From: Trichomonas gallinae | Taxonomy: Eukaryota | Length of the DNA: 34,977 bases | Direction: 5' to 3' | Assembly: GCA_008369845.1 (NCBI GenBank) | Contig: MRSU01003482.1 | Coordinates: forward strand, 1-34,977 | In this document: piece after piece, positions 19,308 through 29,426 of the stretch | How the letters are laid out: every line of letters begins with the position of its first letter | How positions within the stretch are numbered: the stretch's first letter is position 1 | Notes under the pieces: generated by a model | What the model saw: only the letters and a program-made list of their open reading frames with translations | Told to the model about the DNA's origin: nothing | Databases searched by the model: none | Translations under genes and position numbers: made by a program

Positions 19308-20978
19308 ATGTCGAACATGATTCGCCCACCAATCATCCTTCTTCGTGAAGGTGTTGACCAGTCACAAGGTCTCGGACAATTAATCTCTAATATCAACGCT
19401 TGCCACGCCATCGGCGAAATCCTCGCATCAACTCTTGGCCCACGTGGCATGGACAAGCTTATCCACAACGGAAATAATCGCCGTGCTATTGTTACAAACG
19501 ATGGTGCAACTGTTATGAAAGAGCTTGATATCGTTCATCCAGCTGCACAATTATTAGTCGACGTCGCTAAGTCTCAAGACGAAGAAATTGGTGATGGTAC
19601 AACATCCGTCATCGTTTTATCAACATCATTACTCGATGCCGCTAAAGATTACCTCGAAGATGGCGTTCATCCACAATTTATTTGCCGCTGCTACAGAACA
19701 GCACTCAATGCTGCTCTCAAGAAGCTCGACGAGGTCGCTGTTACAATTGATGGCAGCGCTCGCGAAGTTCTCGAAAAATGCGCTGCTACAACACTCCGCA
19801 GCAAGCTCGTTTCTGACTCCCGCTTCTTCTTCGCTCCAATGATCGTTGATGCTGTCCTCCAGCTCGATGAGGATATGAGACTTAACGATCTTGGCGTCAA
19901 GTTGGTCAAGGGCGGCTCTCTTGAGGACTCTTTCTTCGTCCCAGGTGTTGCCTTCGAGCGCACATTCTCATACGCCGGCTTCGAGCAGCAGCCAAAGCAT
20001 TTCAAGCAGCCAAAGATTCTGCTCTTGAATGTTGAGCTCGAACTCAAGGCTGAAGGCACAGGTGCTGAAGTCCGTGTCGAAGATGCTAAGGAATTCCAGG
20101 AAGTCGTTGATGCTGAATGGGCTATTATCTTCCGCAAGCTTAACGACTGCCTCAACTCCGGCGCTAACATCGTTATCAGCAAGAAGCCAATTGGCGATGT
20201 TGCCACACAGTTCTTCGCTGACCACGATATCTTCTCAGCTGGCCGCGTTCCAGATGAGGACATCCAGAGACTCGCCAAGTGCACAGGTGGCTCCATCCTC
20301 TCTACAACATCCAACATCGAGGCAAAGAACCTTGGTACATGCGCAGATTTCGAGGAGCGCCAGGTTGGCTCAAAGAGATTCAACATATTCACAGGTGGAA
20401 ACGGCCGTGCTGCCACAATCGTTCTCCGTGGTGGTGCTGAGCAGTTCCTTGAAGAAGCCGGCCGCTCCATCCATGATGCTATCATGATTGTCCGCCGCGC
20501 CAAGAAGGCCCAGCGCATCGTTGGCGGTGGTGGTGCTATCGAAATGACAATCTCAAAGCACCTCCACGAAATCGCCCTCAAGATGGACGGAAAGGCCCAA
20601 TTGATTGTCGAATCATTCGGCGAGGCCCTCGAAGCTATCCCAAGAGCCCTTACAAACAACGCCGGCTTCGACTCATTCGAGACACTCAACAAGCTCCGCT
20701 CAGCCCACGAGAAGGCCGACGGACAGTGGGCTGGTGTCGATATCGAGACAGGTGGTGTTCTCAACGCTGTTGAGTCCTTCATTTGGGAGCCACTTGTTGT
20801 TAAGAAGAACGCCCTCAAGGCAGCATGCGAGGCTGCATGCACAATTTTGTCTGTCGATGAGACTGTTCAGATCCCGCAGCACGAGACAACATTCGACCCA
20901 GGTCTTCCAGGCCAGTCCGCTGTCAGAGGACGTGGCGGTATGCCAGCTCCAGCCGGCGGCATGCCAGGAATGCGCTAA
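19308..20978 (+). CDS. CCT7: T-complex protein 1 subunit eta (chaperonin CCT7)
   Basis: PIILLREGVDQSQG..QLISNINAC, TLGPRGMDKLI, GDGTTS, TFSYAGFEQQPK and VDAEW, which are eta-specific motifs. ATG is at 19308. Confidence 0.95.
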   Translation: MSNMIRPPIILLREGVDQSQGLGQLISNINACHAIGEILASTLGPRGMDKLIHNGNNRRAIVTNDGATVMKELDIVHPAAQLLVDVAKSQDEEIGDGTTSVIVLSTSLLDAAKDYLEDGVHPQFICRCYRTALNAALKKLDEVAVTIDGSAREVLEKCAATTLRSKLVSDSRFFFAPMIVDAVLQLDEDMRLNDLGVKLVKGGSLEDSFFVPGVAFERTFSYAGFEQQPKHFKQPKILLLNVELELKAEGTGAEVRVEDAKEFQEVVDAEWAIIFRKLNDCLNSGANIVISKKPIGDVATQFFADHDIFSAGRVPDEDIQRLAKCTGGSILSTTSNIEAKNLGTCADFEERQVGSKRFNIFTGGNGRAATIVLRGGAEQFLEEAGRSIHDAIMIVRRAKKAQRIVGGGGAIEMTISKHLHEIALKMDGKAQLIVESFGEALEAIPRALTNNAGFDSFETLNKLRSAHEKADGQWAGVDIETGGVLNAVESFIWEPLVVKKNALKAACEAACTILSVDETVQIPQHETTFDPGLPGQSAVRGRGGMPAPAGGMPGMR

Positions 20979-21359
20979 ATGTCGCACCGCGTATTAAGGT
21001 TAAAATATGATATAATAAAAATCAATTCTTCGAAATTTGTCATATATTTTCTTCTTTTTTTTTCCCCCAAAACACAACATATTTTTACTAAATTATTTAT
21101 TCGTTTTTAGAAATTTATATTTGATATTTTTTATTGACTTTTCTATATTAATTTTGCATTTCACAATAGATTTTTATGTAGAATTGGAGTATATATAATA
21201 TAATTTCACTTTTCAAATTCCATCTTATGCATATTATTTCAATATATCAAGTTAATAATTATATCTAACCATTGTCATTTGAACTGTAACATCACTAAAT
21301 ATAGTATATTTTAGGTTTTTCATTTTATTAAACAATAACAAACAAAAAAATTTAAAAAA

Positions 21360-22574
21360 TTATTTGATAATCGCAAAATTAGGATAAATTAATGGATTGA
21401 TTCTCTCTCGATGTTTCAGTTTCTCTTTATGACGTTTTCTCCTTGCTTCTACTGCTCTATCTAATTCTTGTCCATTTTCTTTGAGAAAACGTGAAATCAC
21501 AGCATGTTTGGCTTTAGGATTCTCTTCTTCCTCTTCATCTGAGCTGTTTGAATCATCTCCAATAGGATCGTCTTCAAATATTCCACGCCTGAGAATATTA
21601 TATTGTGGAATTAACTCTGCATCTTCTTGATCAAGCACATTGTTATATTGCTGCTTGTTTCGTAGATTTCTACGTGAACGTTTCGTAATAAAATAAGTTC
21701 TTCCATTTGGCTGCATGAATCTGCTTGTTGGCTCCAGGGAAAACTCATATGGCTTTATAGGATTCTCCTCGTCAGAATCATCAGCCAATGGACCATCTTT
21801 AGGAATTCCCAAGAAATCTTCTTGAAAATTGATTTTTACACGATGTCTCTCTTCCTCAATCTGCTGGTATAGCTCTTCGATTTGTCTCTCAGCGACTGAT
21901 TCTGGATAAGAATCGCATTCTTCAGCAAGTAACGCAATTTGCCGAGAAATATCTTCAGATTCAACTGATGCCTCTTCTAGTAGCTTATTAAATGCGTATG
22001 ATAAATCAGATGAAGAGAAATCACTTGAATCTGTTGCAAAACTAAATCTTCTAAGCTGTGTAGAGACATTATTATTAGGCTGGGGTGTTGGAAGTAGGTC
22101 GCCACAATCTGTTGTATCTGAAGTGATTGACATTCTCCTTGGAAAAGTATCATCATCTTTATTTTGATGAGGTGAATGAATGATTGTTGCATCTTCAACT
22201 TCACCAGCCAAAATTGAAATAGTATCAGCATCAGCAGAAGATCTTCTGTTATTTCTTTCGCCTCTCGAATTTCGCCTTTTTTTGTAGCGTGAAAATCTTT
22301 TCTTTCCAGCCAATTCTGGTGGGGGCTCTACAATTATCTGTTCTTCTTCTTCCTCGTTGTTTTGCGGCTCATGTATGACTTTTGGATGATAATAATTAAT
22401 TTTTTCAGGTTCTTTCCATCTGTTACTTACAGAGTTTGAATCTTCATCTGCATTCTTTTCTTCTTCGGGATTATAAAGTTGTTTTCTTCCTGCCGCGATA
22501 ATTATTTCTTTGATATTTTGCCCGGCAAATGGTTTACCTTGTTTTAACCTGCTTTTATTCAATACACCAGGCAT
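21360..22574 (-). CDS. Acidic/basic low-complexity hypothetical protein; coding frame probably extends to 22637
   Basis: 404-aa ORF with E/D/S-rich tracts and NLS-like basic clusters (KKRFSRYKKRR). The frame is open and coding-like for 21 more codons upstream. Confidence 0.75.
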   Translation of the reverse strand: MPGVLNKSRLKQGKPFAGQNIKEIIIAAGRKQLYNPEEEKNADEDSNSVSNRWKEPEKINYYHPKVIHEPQNNEEEEEQIIVEPPPELAGKKRFSRYKKRRNSRGERNNRRSSADADTISILAGEVEDATIIHSPHQNKDDDTFPRRMSITSDTTDCGDLLPTPQPNNNVSTQLRRFSFATDSSDFSSSDLSYAFNKLLEEASVESEDISRQIALLAEECDSYPESVAERQIEELYQQIEEERHRVKINFQEDFLGIPKDGPLADDSDEENPIKPYEFSLEPTSRFMQPNGRTYFITKRSRRNLRNKQQYNNVLDQEDAELIPQYNILRRGIFEDDPIGDDSNSSDEEEEENPKAKHAVISRFLKENGQELDRAVEARRKRHKEKLKHRERINPLIYPNFAIIK

Positions 22575-22762
22575 CTCCGACTTGATTTGCTCAAGGAATC
22601 TTGGGTCGTAAGGCTCAATTTGTTTAGATTTCGTTATTTTTGATGTAATGAAAAATTTTTGACAAATTCCATATAAAATTTAATCTGACATGTAAACAAA
22701 ATATCGAAGTTTATATGTCATTATAAAAAATAGCTGTTTTTGATTTTCCACAAATTTCCTCA

Positions 22763-23040
22763 GATTTATATGAGCGTATGATTGACAAGTTCGGCTATCT
22801 TCAAGAGGTCCTTGATTCCATTGCCGACATTAAGTCAAAAGATCTGGATTCCCTTTTCATTTGATGTCAAATTGCACAAATTTTGACGAATTTTTAATGA
22901 TATTATATCATAAATAATAACTTATTAATGATATTATATTCTTAGATGCAAAGAACAAAAATGGCGAAACTCCATTATTAATAGCTGCACTTTTGAATAG
23001 AATTGAAGACATCGCAAAATTGAAAGAATTTAGTGCATAG
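22763..23040 (+). pseudogene. Ankyrin gene remnant
   Basis: DLYERMIDKFGYLQEVLDSIADIKSKDLDSLFI* followed by LDAKNKNGETPLLIAALLNRIEDIAKLKEFSA* (~22942-23040). Confidence 0.55.
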
Positions 23041-23138
23041 CTTATATGATTCAGCACATCAGCAACAAATGAGCAAAATGAAAACTTCAAAATGGAATAT
23101 TTTAAAGATATAAATAGATTTAATTGTAATAACACATA

Positions 23139-23408
23139 TTAGAAACCACCCCGTGCGTATGCCTGCATTGACTTGTTCCTGGAGCTCCTTGCGAAAGTTA
23201 ATTCATCTATAAGTTCATCAGTTTCTCCTTCTCTTCTCACGTAAAGAATACTTCCATAGATGCAGCCAACGTTATTGAGTGTCTGATCTGTGTATTTAAG
23301 CTTTACTCTGTATTCTTTGTATTCTAAGATGGTTTCTAATTCTTCAACTTCTAATTCGAAGAGATTTTGGATGTAATTCTCGTTATCGTTGTCATTAATT
23401 CTCTGCCG
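23139..23408 (-). pseudogene. Start-less ORF with a ubiquitin-like motif
   Basis: 89 open codons: ...ENYIQNLFELEVEELETILEYKEYRVKLKYTDQTLNNVGCIYGSILYVRR...QAYARGGF*. There is no 5' ATG. Confidence 0.45.
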
Positions 23409-23772
23409 TCAAAATCAAGAAAAACATATACTGTTTTTTGACTAATTTATCCCTAATAGAATGATTAGCATGTCCATTCTTGTTTTTAGTAAAAAATATT
23501 GAAGTTTCTAAATTGCTTCCATGAAGAATAAATATATACAAAAGGTGTGGAAACTTCGAAATACTTGGGTGAATCACTACAAATCTTGCAGGGAATATCT
23601 AATCCCCACTAGATACTACATATAGAATACCTAAGGTTCTAAGATTCCACATTTTTAATAAACATATAATATCTATGAATTTCAAATTTTCAAAATAGTT
23701 ATATTTATATTGACAGTATATCATCTCTATATCAAACATTCAACTAATTTTTTATTAAACAGAATTAATAAA

Positions 23773-24732
23773 TTATTTGATTCTCAATCTTGATCCAATT
23801 TGCTCGCATGAAGCACCTTTCTCATCAGAATTGGAAACAACTTTGAAAAGACTGCCGTTTCCAGTAATTCCAACAAGTCCGCAATTTTTAGGTGTGAAAC
23901 CAATCCACATCGGTGCGGATTCACTGTATTTAAGTTTAAGTGCTGGCTTGATTTCATTTTCTTCAGTTTGCTGGTGAAGATCGAAAACTTGGAAAGATTC
24001 TGTATTATCTATGATTGCGAGCCTGTTTCTATGCTCATCGAATGAAATAGAGTTGATTCTCGAGCTAGTTCCACGTTTGAGGCGTGCGATAATCTGAAGA
24101 GAAGGATAATTGAAAACAATTATTTGTCTTCCTTCATCACCGACAACAGCAATCTGTCTTCCATTTTGGCTGACTTTGATGCCGAGTATTGATGTTTTGA
24201 AGCAATGAACATATCTTGGCGCAATCGATTTGTCATATATATCCATTAATCCAATCACGCCTGTTTCAGATGCTGGAAAGACGATCAGATTGAACAAATG
24301 GAATGGAGAGAGATCGAAAATGCCGTCTCTGTTGAATGCCGTGTCATAATGTGCAATAATTGAATTATCTGAAAGATTTTTAACGGTGATTCCTTTTTGT
24401 GTTGATCCGATTATAATATCAGTACGAAGTTTAATGCCTGTGATGGGTCCATCGAATTGGCAAGAAACGAGAAGCTTCGCTTTGTATCTGTCCCAGATAT
24501 AAACCGTGTTTGTGTTGAATTCGAAGTTAGTAACTGCAATAATGTTAGACAAGCCAAATGTTGCGATTAAGTTGCAGCCATATGGACAAGTCTTATCATC
24601 TTTAATTTTAACATCTGACAAAAGTTCGCAATTCGATGCATCAATAACCGTAAAGCCGTTCAAATGAGCAAGTCCAATAATGTTGGCTGCCTCATCGAAA
24701 AACGCATGTCGAATTGCAGATGTTGATTTCAT
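23773..24732 (-). CDS. PROPPIN / ATG18-WIPI-like WD40 beta-propeller
   Basis: SNIIAV..NTVYIWD..FDGPITGIKLR, IVFPASETGVI, VSQNGRQIAVVGDEGRQIIVF and IARLKRGT (FRRG-equivalent). The likely ATG is 24732; upstream ATGs lie in AT-rich promoter sequence. Confidence 0.75.
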   Translation of the reverse strand: MKSTSAIRHAFFDEAANIIGLAHLNGFTVIDASNCELLSDVKIKDDKTCPYGCNLIATFGLSNIIAVTNFEFNTNTVYIWDRYKAKLLVSCQFDGPITGIKLRTDIIIGSTQKGITVKNLSDNSIIAHYDTAFNRDGIFDLSPFHLFNLIVFPASETGVIGLMDIYDKSIAPRYVHCFKTSILGIKVSQNGRQIAVVGDEGRQIIVFNYPSLQIIARLKRGTSSRINSISFDEHRNRLAIIDNTESFQVFDLHQQTEENEIKPALKLKYSESAPMWIGFTPKNCGLVGITGNGSLFKVVSNSDEKGASCEQIGSRLRIK

Positions 24733-25232
24733 GAAATTTGACAATAAAAATTTACATGGAAATTTTGTCATGTAATTTTTTTTTGACAGCATGAATTTTT
24801 TTTCAAAAATATAAATCGGAAAGCATTCAGTGAGTATCATTTCTGTGTGCGAGAGAATCTCTGAAGAAATGAGTGATACTGTGGAAAATGAATTTACACA
24901 TTCTTAGCAAGAAATTAAAAAAGATTCTTCCACAAAATCTTTATGTTGTCTACATCTTTGTGGAATATGTGCATAATACATATATTAATTCCATTTATGC
25001 AGAAACGAGAAATCCAAGTAATGTGAAATCTTTTTTTTAAAATCATCAAAAATTTGAAAGCAATGATGAGTGTCGTTGGAATATATACTATCTTAGTATT
25101 AGTTATCAATTTTATTAATCAGAAAGATTAATTTCCTTCACTGAGAAAAAAATTGCATCTCACTTGATATATATAATGAAGAGCGAATCATAAATAGATA
25201 TGAATTCATTATATTTATATAAATAGATAAAA

Positions 25233-26318
25233 TTACAATTGTTTTAAGGAATATACAGTAATAACACCGTCTTCACTATATGTGAGGACCTTCTGAGCGA
25301 TATTGTTAATGAATATAGCTCCATAATCAAATCCACCGACATCTTCGAACAAAAATGGTTCTCCGAGGCCGTCACAGAATCCTGCCATTCTTCCACCACA
25401 TAATGTAGCGAAATCACCGCTGAATATTAAGTTCTTTTCTGTAATATCTGCTCTGCAGCCAAATCTCATAGGCGCCTCGTACGCCATGAGTGTTGAGTGT
25501 GGCTCATCGTCAAGTTCAATAAGAATTGGCTGGCTTTTAGCTGTAGTAACAACGAATTTTCCGGAAGGCAAAACTTTTGAAATGTGAGAAACTGCGCCAC
25601 CTCCTAGTGGAATTTCCCACTTGTTTCCTTCATGGAGGGCTCTCCTGTCAATGGCTGTCAACACGCCATCATAGTCTCCGTAGATTATCAAATTGTCAAA
25701 TGTGCTGACAGCTGTAGCTGGCGACGGAACTGAAATGGTGATTGGTGATGGTCTTCTCTTGTCAACCCAGAAAACATTATCGCTTGCTGCTGCGAATAAA
25801 ACATTTGAATCAGAATCTGAACCGCAAACAGCATGTGTAAGGCCGCCTGTGTAGAAATCTTGCGATGTTTGATGCTCTACATCCCAAATTTTCATGATTT
25901 TATCAAAGCCACATGAAATTAATCCGGCATCGCTCCAAAAAACGTCTCTACATGCTAAACTGTGTGCTTGGATTGTAGCAGTTGTCTTAAGTTGCGGAGA
26001 GCAAATAGTAACTGAGCCGTTTAAAGCTGCCAAAGCAACTTTATCGACTTTTGGATTAAAAGTAGCAGAATAGATAGCTCCATTTGGCAAAATCATTCTT
26101 TCAGATTTAACAAATGAGTATTCTCCGACTAATTTCTTAGATGAAAGGTGATTTTGTTGCTGATTTGTTGAAATCGGAATTCCATTCGCTTCTGATATAG
26201 ACGTGAGTTGGTTTATTTGCAAATACAGTTGAAGGAGGCGCTCCCTCAATCTTCTATTCTGTGACTGGAGGATTTGATTCTCTTGTGAAAGGTTGTTAGG
26301 GAATCTTTTATCTTCCAT
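25233..26318 (-). CDS. WD40-repeat protein with N-terminal coiled coil
   Basis: LSQENQILQSQNRRLRERLLQL coiled coil, then WD repeats (AHSLACRDVFW, SCGFDKIMKIWD, TYSEDGVITVY). Confidence 0.8.
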   Translation of the reverse strand: MEDKRFPNNLSQENQILQSQNRRLRERLLQLYLQINQLTSISEANGIPISTNQQQNHLSSKKLVGEYSFVKSERMILPNGAIYSATFNPKVDKVALAALNGSVTICSPQLKTTATIQAHSLACRDVFWSDAGLISCGFDKIMKIWDVEHQTSQDFYTGGLTHAVCGSDSDSNVLFAAASDNVFWVDKRRPSPITISVPSPATAVSTFDNLIIYGDYDGVLTAIDRRALHEGNKWEIPLGGGAVSHISKVLPSGKFVVTTAKSQPILIELDDEPHSTLMAYEAPMRFGCRADITEKNLIFSGDFATLCGGRMAGFCDGLGEPFLFEDVGGFDYGAIFINNIAQKVLTYSEDGVITVYSLKQL

Positions 26319-26327
26319 TTTTGATGA

Positions 26328-26460
26328 TTTTACATGTCAAATTGTTTTTCAAATTCCTTTTACATGTCATTTTTCAATTTACATGGCAATTTTTGCTAAA
26401 AATTTACATGTCATTTTCATTTTTACATGACAATTTCTGTTTAAAAACTTACATGTCAAA
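26328..26460. promoter_or_regulatory. Array of six (T)TTACATG(T/G/A)CA motifs
   Basis: Copies at ~26328, 26359, 26378, 26403, 26422 and 26449, directly upstream of the minus-strand ATG at 26318. Confidence 0.65.
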
Positions 26461-26800
26461 TTGGTATCAAACAAAATATGATCAGCGACAGGCAAACAAA
26501 CCACAAACATCCTCCTGACAGATACAAGGGAATTTCATTAACAAGAACATCGAAGAATTGAAGAAAATTTCGAAAAAAATTAATAATTTTGCTGAAATCT
26601 ACGCAATTTGCAAACAAATTGCAAAAGAAAATGGCAGAGATTCTATGTCATTTGTTGTCAGAGAAAGCTTTGTTTATATTCACTGTGCAAGAATCTTCAT
26701 GGAGGCAGTTTGTGACAACGAAATTTCATATTGACAAATTCATTGCAGTATATGAAAAGTCCAATTTATTCTATGGTAAAATATTATATGGATTTAACTA
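26453..26800 (+). pseudogene. Disrupted gene fragment resembling the N-terminus of trichomonad ankyrin proteins
   Basis: MSNWYQTK...TSS*QIQGNFINKNIEELKKISKKINNFAEIYAICKQIAKENGRDSMSFVVRE...MEAVCDN; in-frame TGAs at 26516 and 26732. The family resemblance is from memory and unverified. Confidence 0.45.
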
Positions 26801-26932
26801 AAAGAAAATGTTTATATGAAGAAATACTATATATTACAAACAAAAAATAACTGAATATTCGAATTTGTAGAAGAATTCCACAAAAATTCATAATATTAGT
26901 GTGCGAGAAGTAATCAATGATGATATCATCGA

Positions 26933-29038
26933 TTACAGGAGCTTTGCAGCAATGAGCATTTCTTGGAATTCCAAAACTTGGCCCATGAAATTCGAATCGT
27001 GAGACAAAATCTTGAGAATTGCTGTTTCCAGTCTGCACCATAACACTAGGTGTGTGTCTGCATCAGACATATTACGAAATCGGTCCTGTTTGACGAAAAA
27101 CGCGTTAATTAAAATAAATCTAGTAAGAATGAACGGACATTCAGTAAGAACAAGCGCGTATTGAGTAACAGCATCCTCTGACTTAGATGCTGTCTCTAGT
27201 TCGTCAAGTTGTCGCATTGCTTTCATGAAAATGAAGAAAATCGCAGAAAACTTCACAGTTGGCATCGAATTTAGCAATGTTATGACTCTCCAGAGCCTAC
27301 CATTTAGAAGCAGTGCCTGTTCTTTGTTTTTGGACCTATTGGAGAAGCAAGATGGGAGTTGGATGTTCGGGCGGACTTCTTCGATTAATTGTTTCCAATT
27401 TAAATCTATTTTCTTCATTTCTTCGTTCGTTTGCGGTCCAATAAGTATAGGGAGCATGTGTTGAATGAGATAAAGGTACTGTAGCTGTCTTGTTATTGCC
27501 ATATCAACTTTTGATGCTGCATTTTCAAGAACAGAGTCTATATATCTCGGATTTCGTATTAAGTTCTTAGGATTGATTTCTTTTAAAGTGTCTTGAATTG
27601 CATTTTCGCTGAATGGAATTACAAACATTCTTAATTCATCTTCAACGACATTTAGCCACTTGGTGAGAGATTGTAATGCAAGATTATGAACTAAATATCG
27701 TTCGAAACTGAGTGCATTCGCTTTGAGAAGTTCTAAAGATTTTGTTGTAGCGTAATTCATGAATTTATCGCCAAAACACGATGTAGCCGAGTTATATGCT
27801 CGGAATCTTTCTAATTGCGAAGGATCTTTTGGCTCTTCGTTCAAGAAATTCAGAGGATGAATTCCAAATTCGCTGCAGTCTGATATAATCTTGTTCCAGA
27901 GACGCGAAAGAGATTCATCTTTGATAGGCTGGATATTTGGAAGATCTTCAAAGACAACTGGACGCCAATTATATGAAGTTTCAATCGGTTTTGGCTTTCT
28001 CGAGTAAATTCTCATCCAAAATGGCCTGGATGTAATATTTGTGAAGTAACTGTACTTGAGAAACGGATCCATCGATTTTGGAAGCTCGTTTATTGCCTGT
28101 AAAGATCGAATAATTACATCAATGTCTTTTCTAGAAATAAGTAAAAGCATGAATGGGATATCGAAGACTGTGAAAGCTGGAGGAATCTCATATATAGAAT
28201 TTGTTTCAAAACAATTCATAATTTTTTGAACGCTTTCTGATTTGATATTTATCGATTTGGCGACTTGAACGAGATGATCGTAATGATGTTTGAATGGTGT
28301 AGCGCGTAAATATCTGATAACTTGAGGCATTGTGAAGCGATGAATGAAAAAATGCAAAACATCAGCGACAGCCCATCCTTGCGCTACCATGTATTTAATA
28401 AGGAAGTTATGCTGTTGCGGTAGAAGTGGTAATGATTTGATTATAGCGTCAATAATTTCAGGAATATATTCATCGATGATTTTTTGCGGTAATTTTGCTG
28501 TGTTAATTCTTATGTCGTGGCAGAACTTTGGGCCGAATTTTTGATAGACAGATTCAATGAATTTGTAAGTTGTTGCAGATATATACAACGGAGTAAGAAC
28601 ATCAATTGCAATGTTCTGAGGACAACTAGCCACAACCATACAATAGAATGGGAAAGCAATTGATATGTGTTCGCGAGTGCTAAAAAATCCATAAATCGCA
28701 GGAATGGCAGACCAGCATAATAATTTGTAGTCAGACTTGTCTTCGTTTGTACTTTTATCTTTCAAGCATTTAATAAGAATTTGAGGAGTGATGTGTAAAT
28801 AATCTATAAGGACTGAAACAAATTGAATTTGCTGAGGTTGGATGTTTTCTGGGCTGTCCTCTAGTATCGGGACTAAGTCATTCATCTGTATTAGCGTTTT
28901 CATACGATGGACAATGATCGCGGCACGGCTATCAGCAATGATACGGTCACGTGTTGATATAGAGGCCTTAGTGCAGGTATCCAGCAACAAATCTGGAATG
29001 TCTGGAACTACTCGGCTTAGCCGATTAAAAACCTCCAT
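26933..29038 (-). CDS. Large alpha-helical hypothetical protein (trichomonad family; possible degenerate RasGAP/VPS9-like architecture)
   Basis: 701-aa ORF with the motif WSAIPAIYGFFST and an AAAGTGAC motif upstream on the sense strand. The domain suggestion is weak. Confidence 0.7.
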   Translation of the reverse strand: MEVFNRLSRVVPDIPDLLLDTCTKASISTRDRIIADSRAAIIVHRMKTLIQMNDLVPILEDSPENIQPQQIQFVSVLIDYLHITPQILIKCLKDKSTNEDKSDYKLLCWSAIPAIYGFFSTREHISIAFPFYCMVVASCPQNIAIDVLTPLYISATTYKFIESVYQKFGPKFCHDIRINTAKLPQKIIDEYIPEIIDAIIKSLPLLPQQHNFLIKYMVAQGWAVADVLHFFIHRFTMPQVIRYLRATPFKHHYDHLVQVAKSINIKSESVQKIMNCFETNSIYEIPPAFTVFDIPFMLLLISRKDIDVIIRSLQAINELPKSMDPFLKYSYFTNITSRPFWMRIYSRKPKPIETSYNWRPVVFEDLPNIQPIKDESLSRLWNKIISDCSEFGIHPLNFLNEEPKDPSQLERFRAYNSATSCFGDKFMNYATTKSLELLKANALSFERYLVHNLALQSLTKWLNVVEDELRMFVIPFSENAIQDTLKEINPKNLIRNPRYIDSVLENAASKVDMAITRQLQYLYLIQHMLPILIGPQTNEEMKKIDLNWKQLIEEVRPNIQLPSCFSNRSKNKEQALLLNGRLWRVITLLNSMPTVKFSAIFFIFMKAMRQLDELETASKSEDAVTQYALVLTECPFILTRFILINAFFVKQDRFRNMSDADTHLVLWCRLETAILKILSHDSNFMGQVLEFQEMLIAAKLL

Positions 29039-29426
29039 ATATAAAATCTTTGACCGTCACTTTTCTATAATTATTACTCTCAATAATTTGACATGTAATT
29101 ATGATTTTACATGTCAAATTCATATGGCAAAAATCGATCTGTTTTTTTCTCTTTTTTCTATTTCATTTATTCATTATTTATTGCCTAAATATTTACTAGT
29201 ATCATAATCATATTATATATCAACTAGTGTCAAATATTATATATTTACTAGTAATATATAAAGAATCTGTGAAATTTACGAAGTCACTTTTTTACTTTTT
29301 GAACATTATGAAGAGTGAGACTGAAATCGCTATTTTCTTAAACATTGTTCTTCAAAATGCATCTTTGATTTTATGATGTAAAGCAAAAGTGAATTTTGAA
29401 TAACTGTGTTTAAGAAAATTCCGATA

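Noticed and set aside
19691..20842. 383-aa antisense ORF
   Set aside because: Shadow of the strongly codon-biased CCT7 gene, with no recognisable protein features. The same applies to the many short ORFs overlapping other CDSs.
13311..26318. Functional cluster (PME-1 with a striatin-like WD40; calmodulin with IQCG)
   Set aside because: The genes are far apart with unrelated genes between them, and the striatin assignment is unsupported.
26328..26460. CRISPR-like array
   Set aside because: The repeats are only ~11 bp with short irregular AT-rich spacers, in a eukaryotic context with no cas genes.
5734..26518. TGA reassignment to Trp, suggested by in-frame TGAs at 5734, 7118 and 26516
   Set aside because: Apparently complete genes (Las1, ankyrin, PAP2-like) end in TGA, Trp is encoded by TGG throughout, and the conserved genes have no internal TGA.
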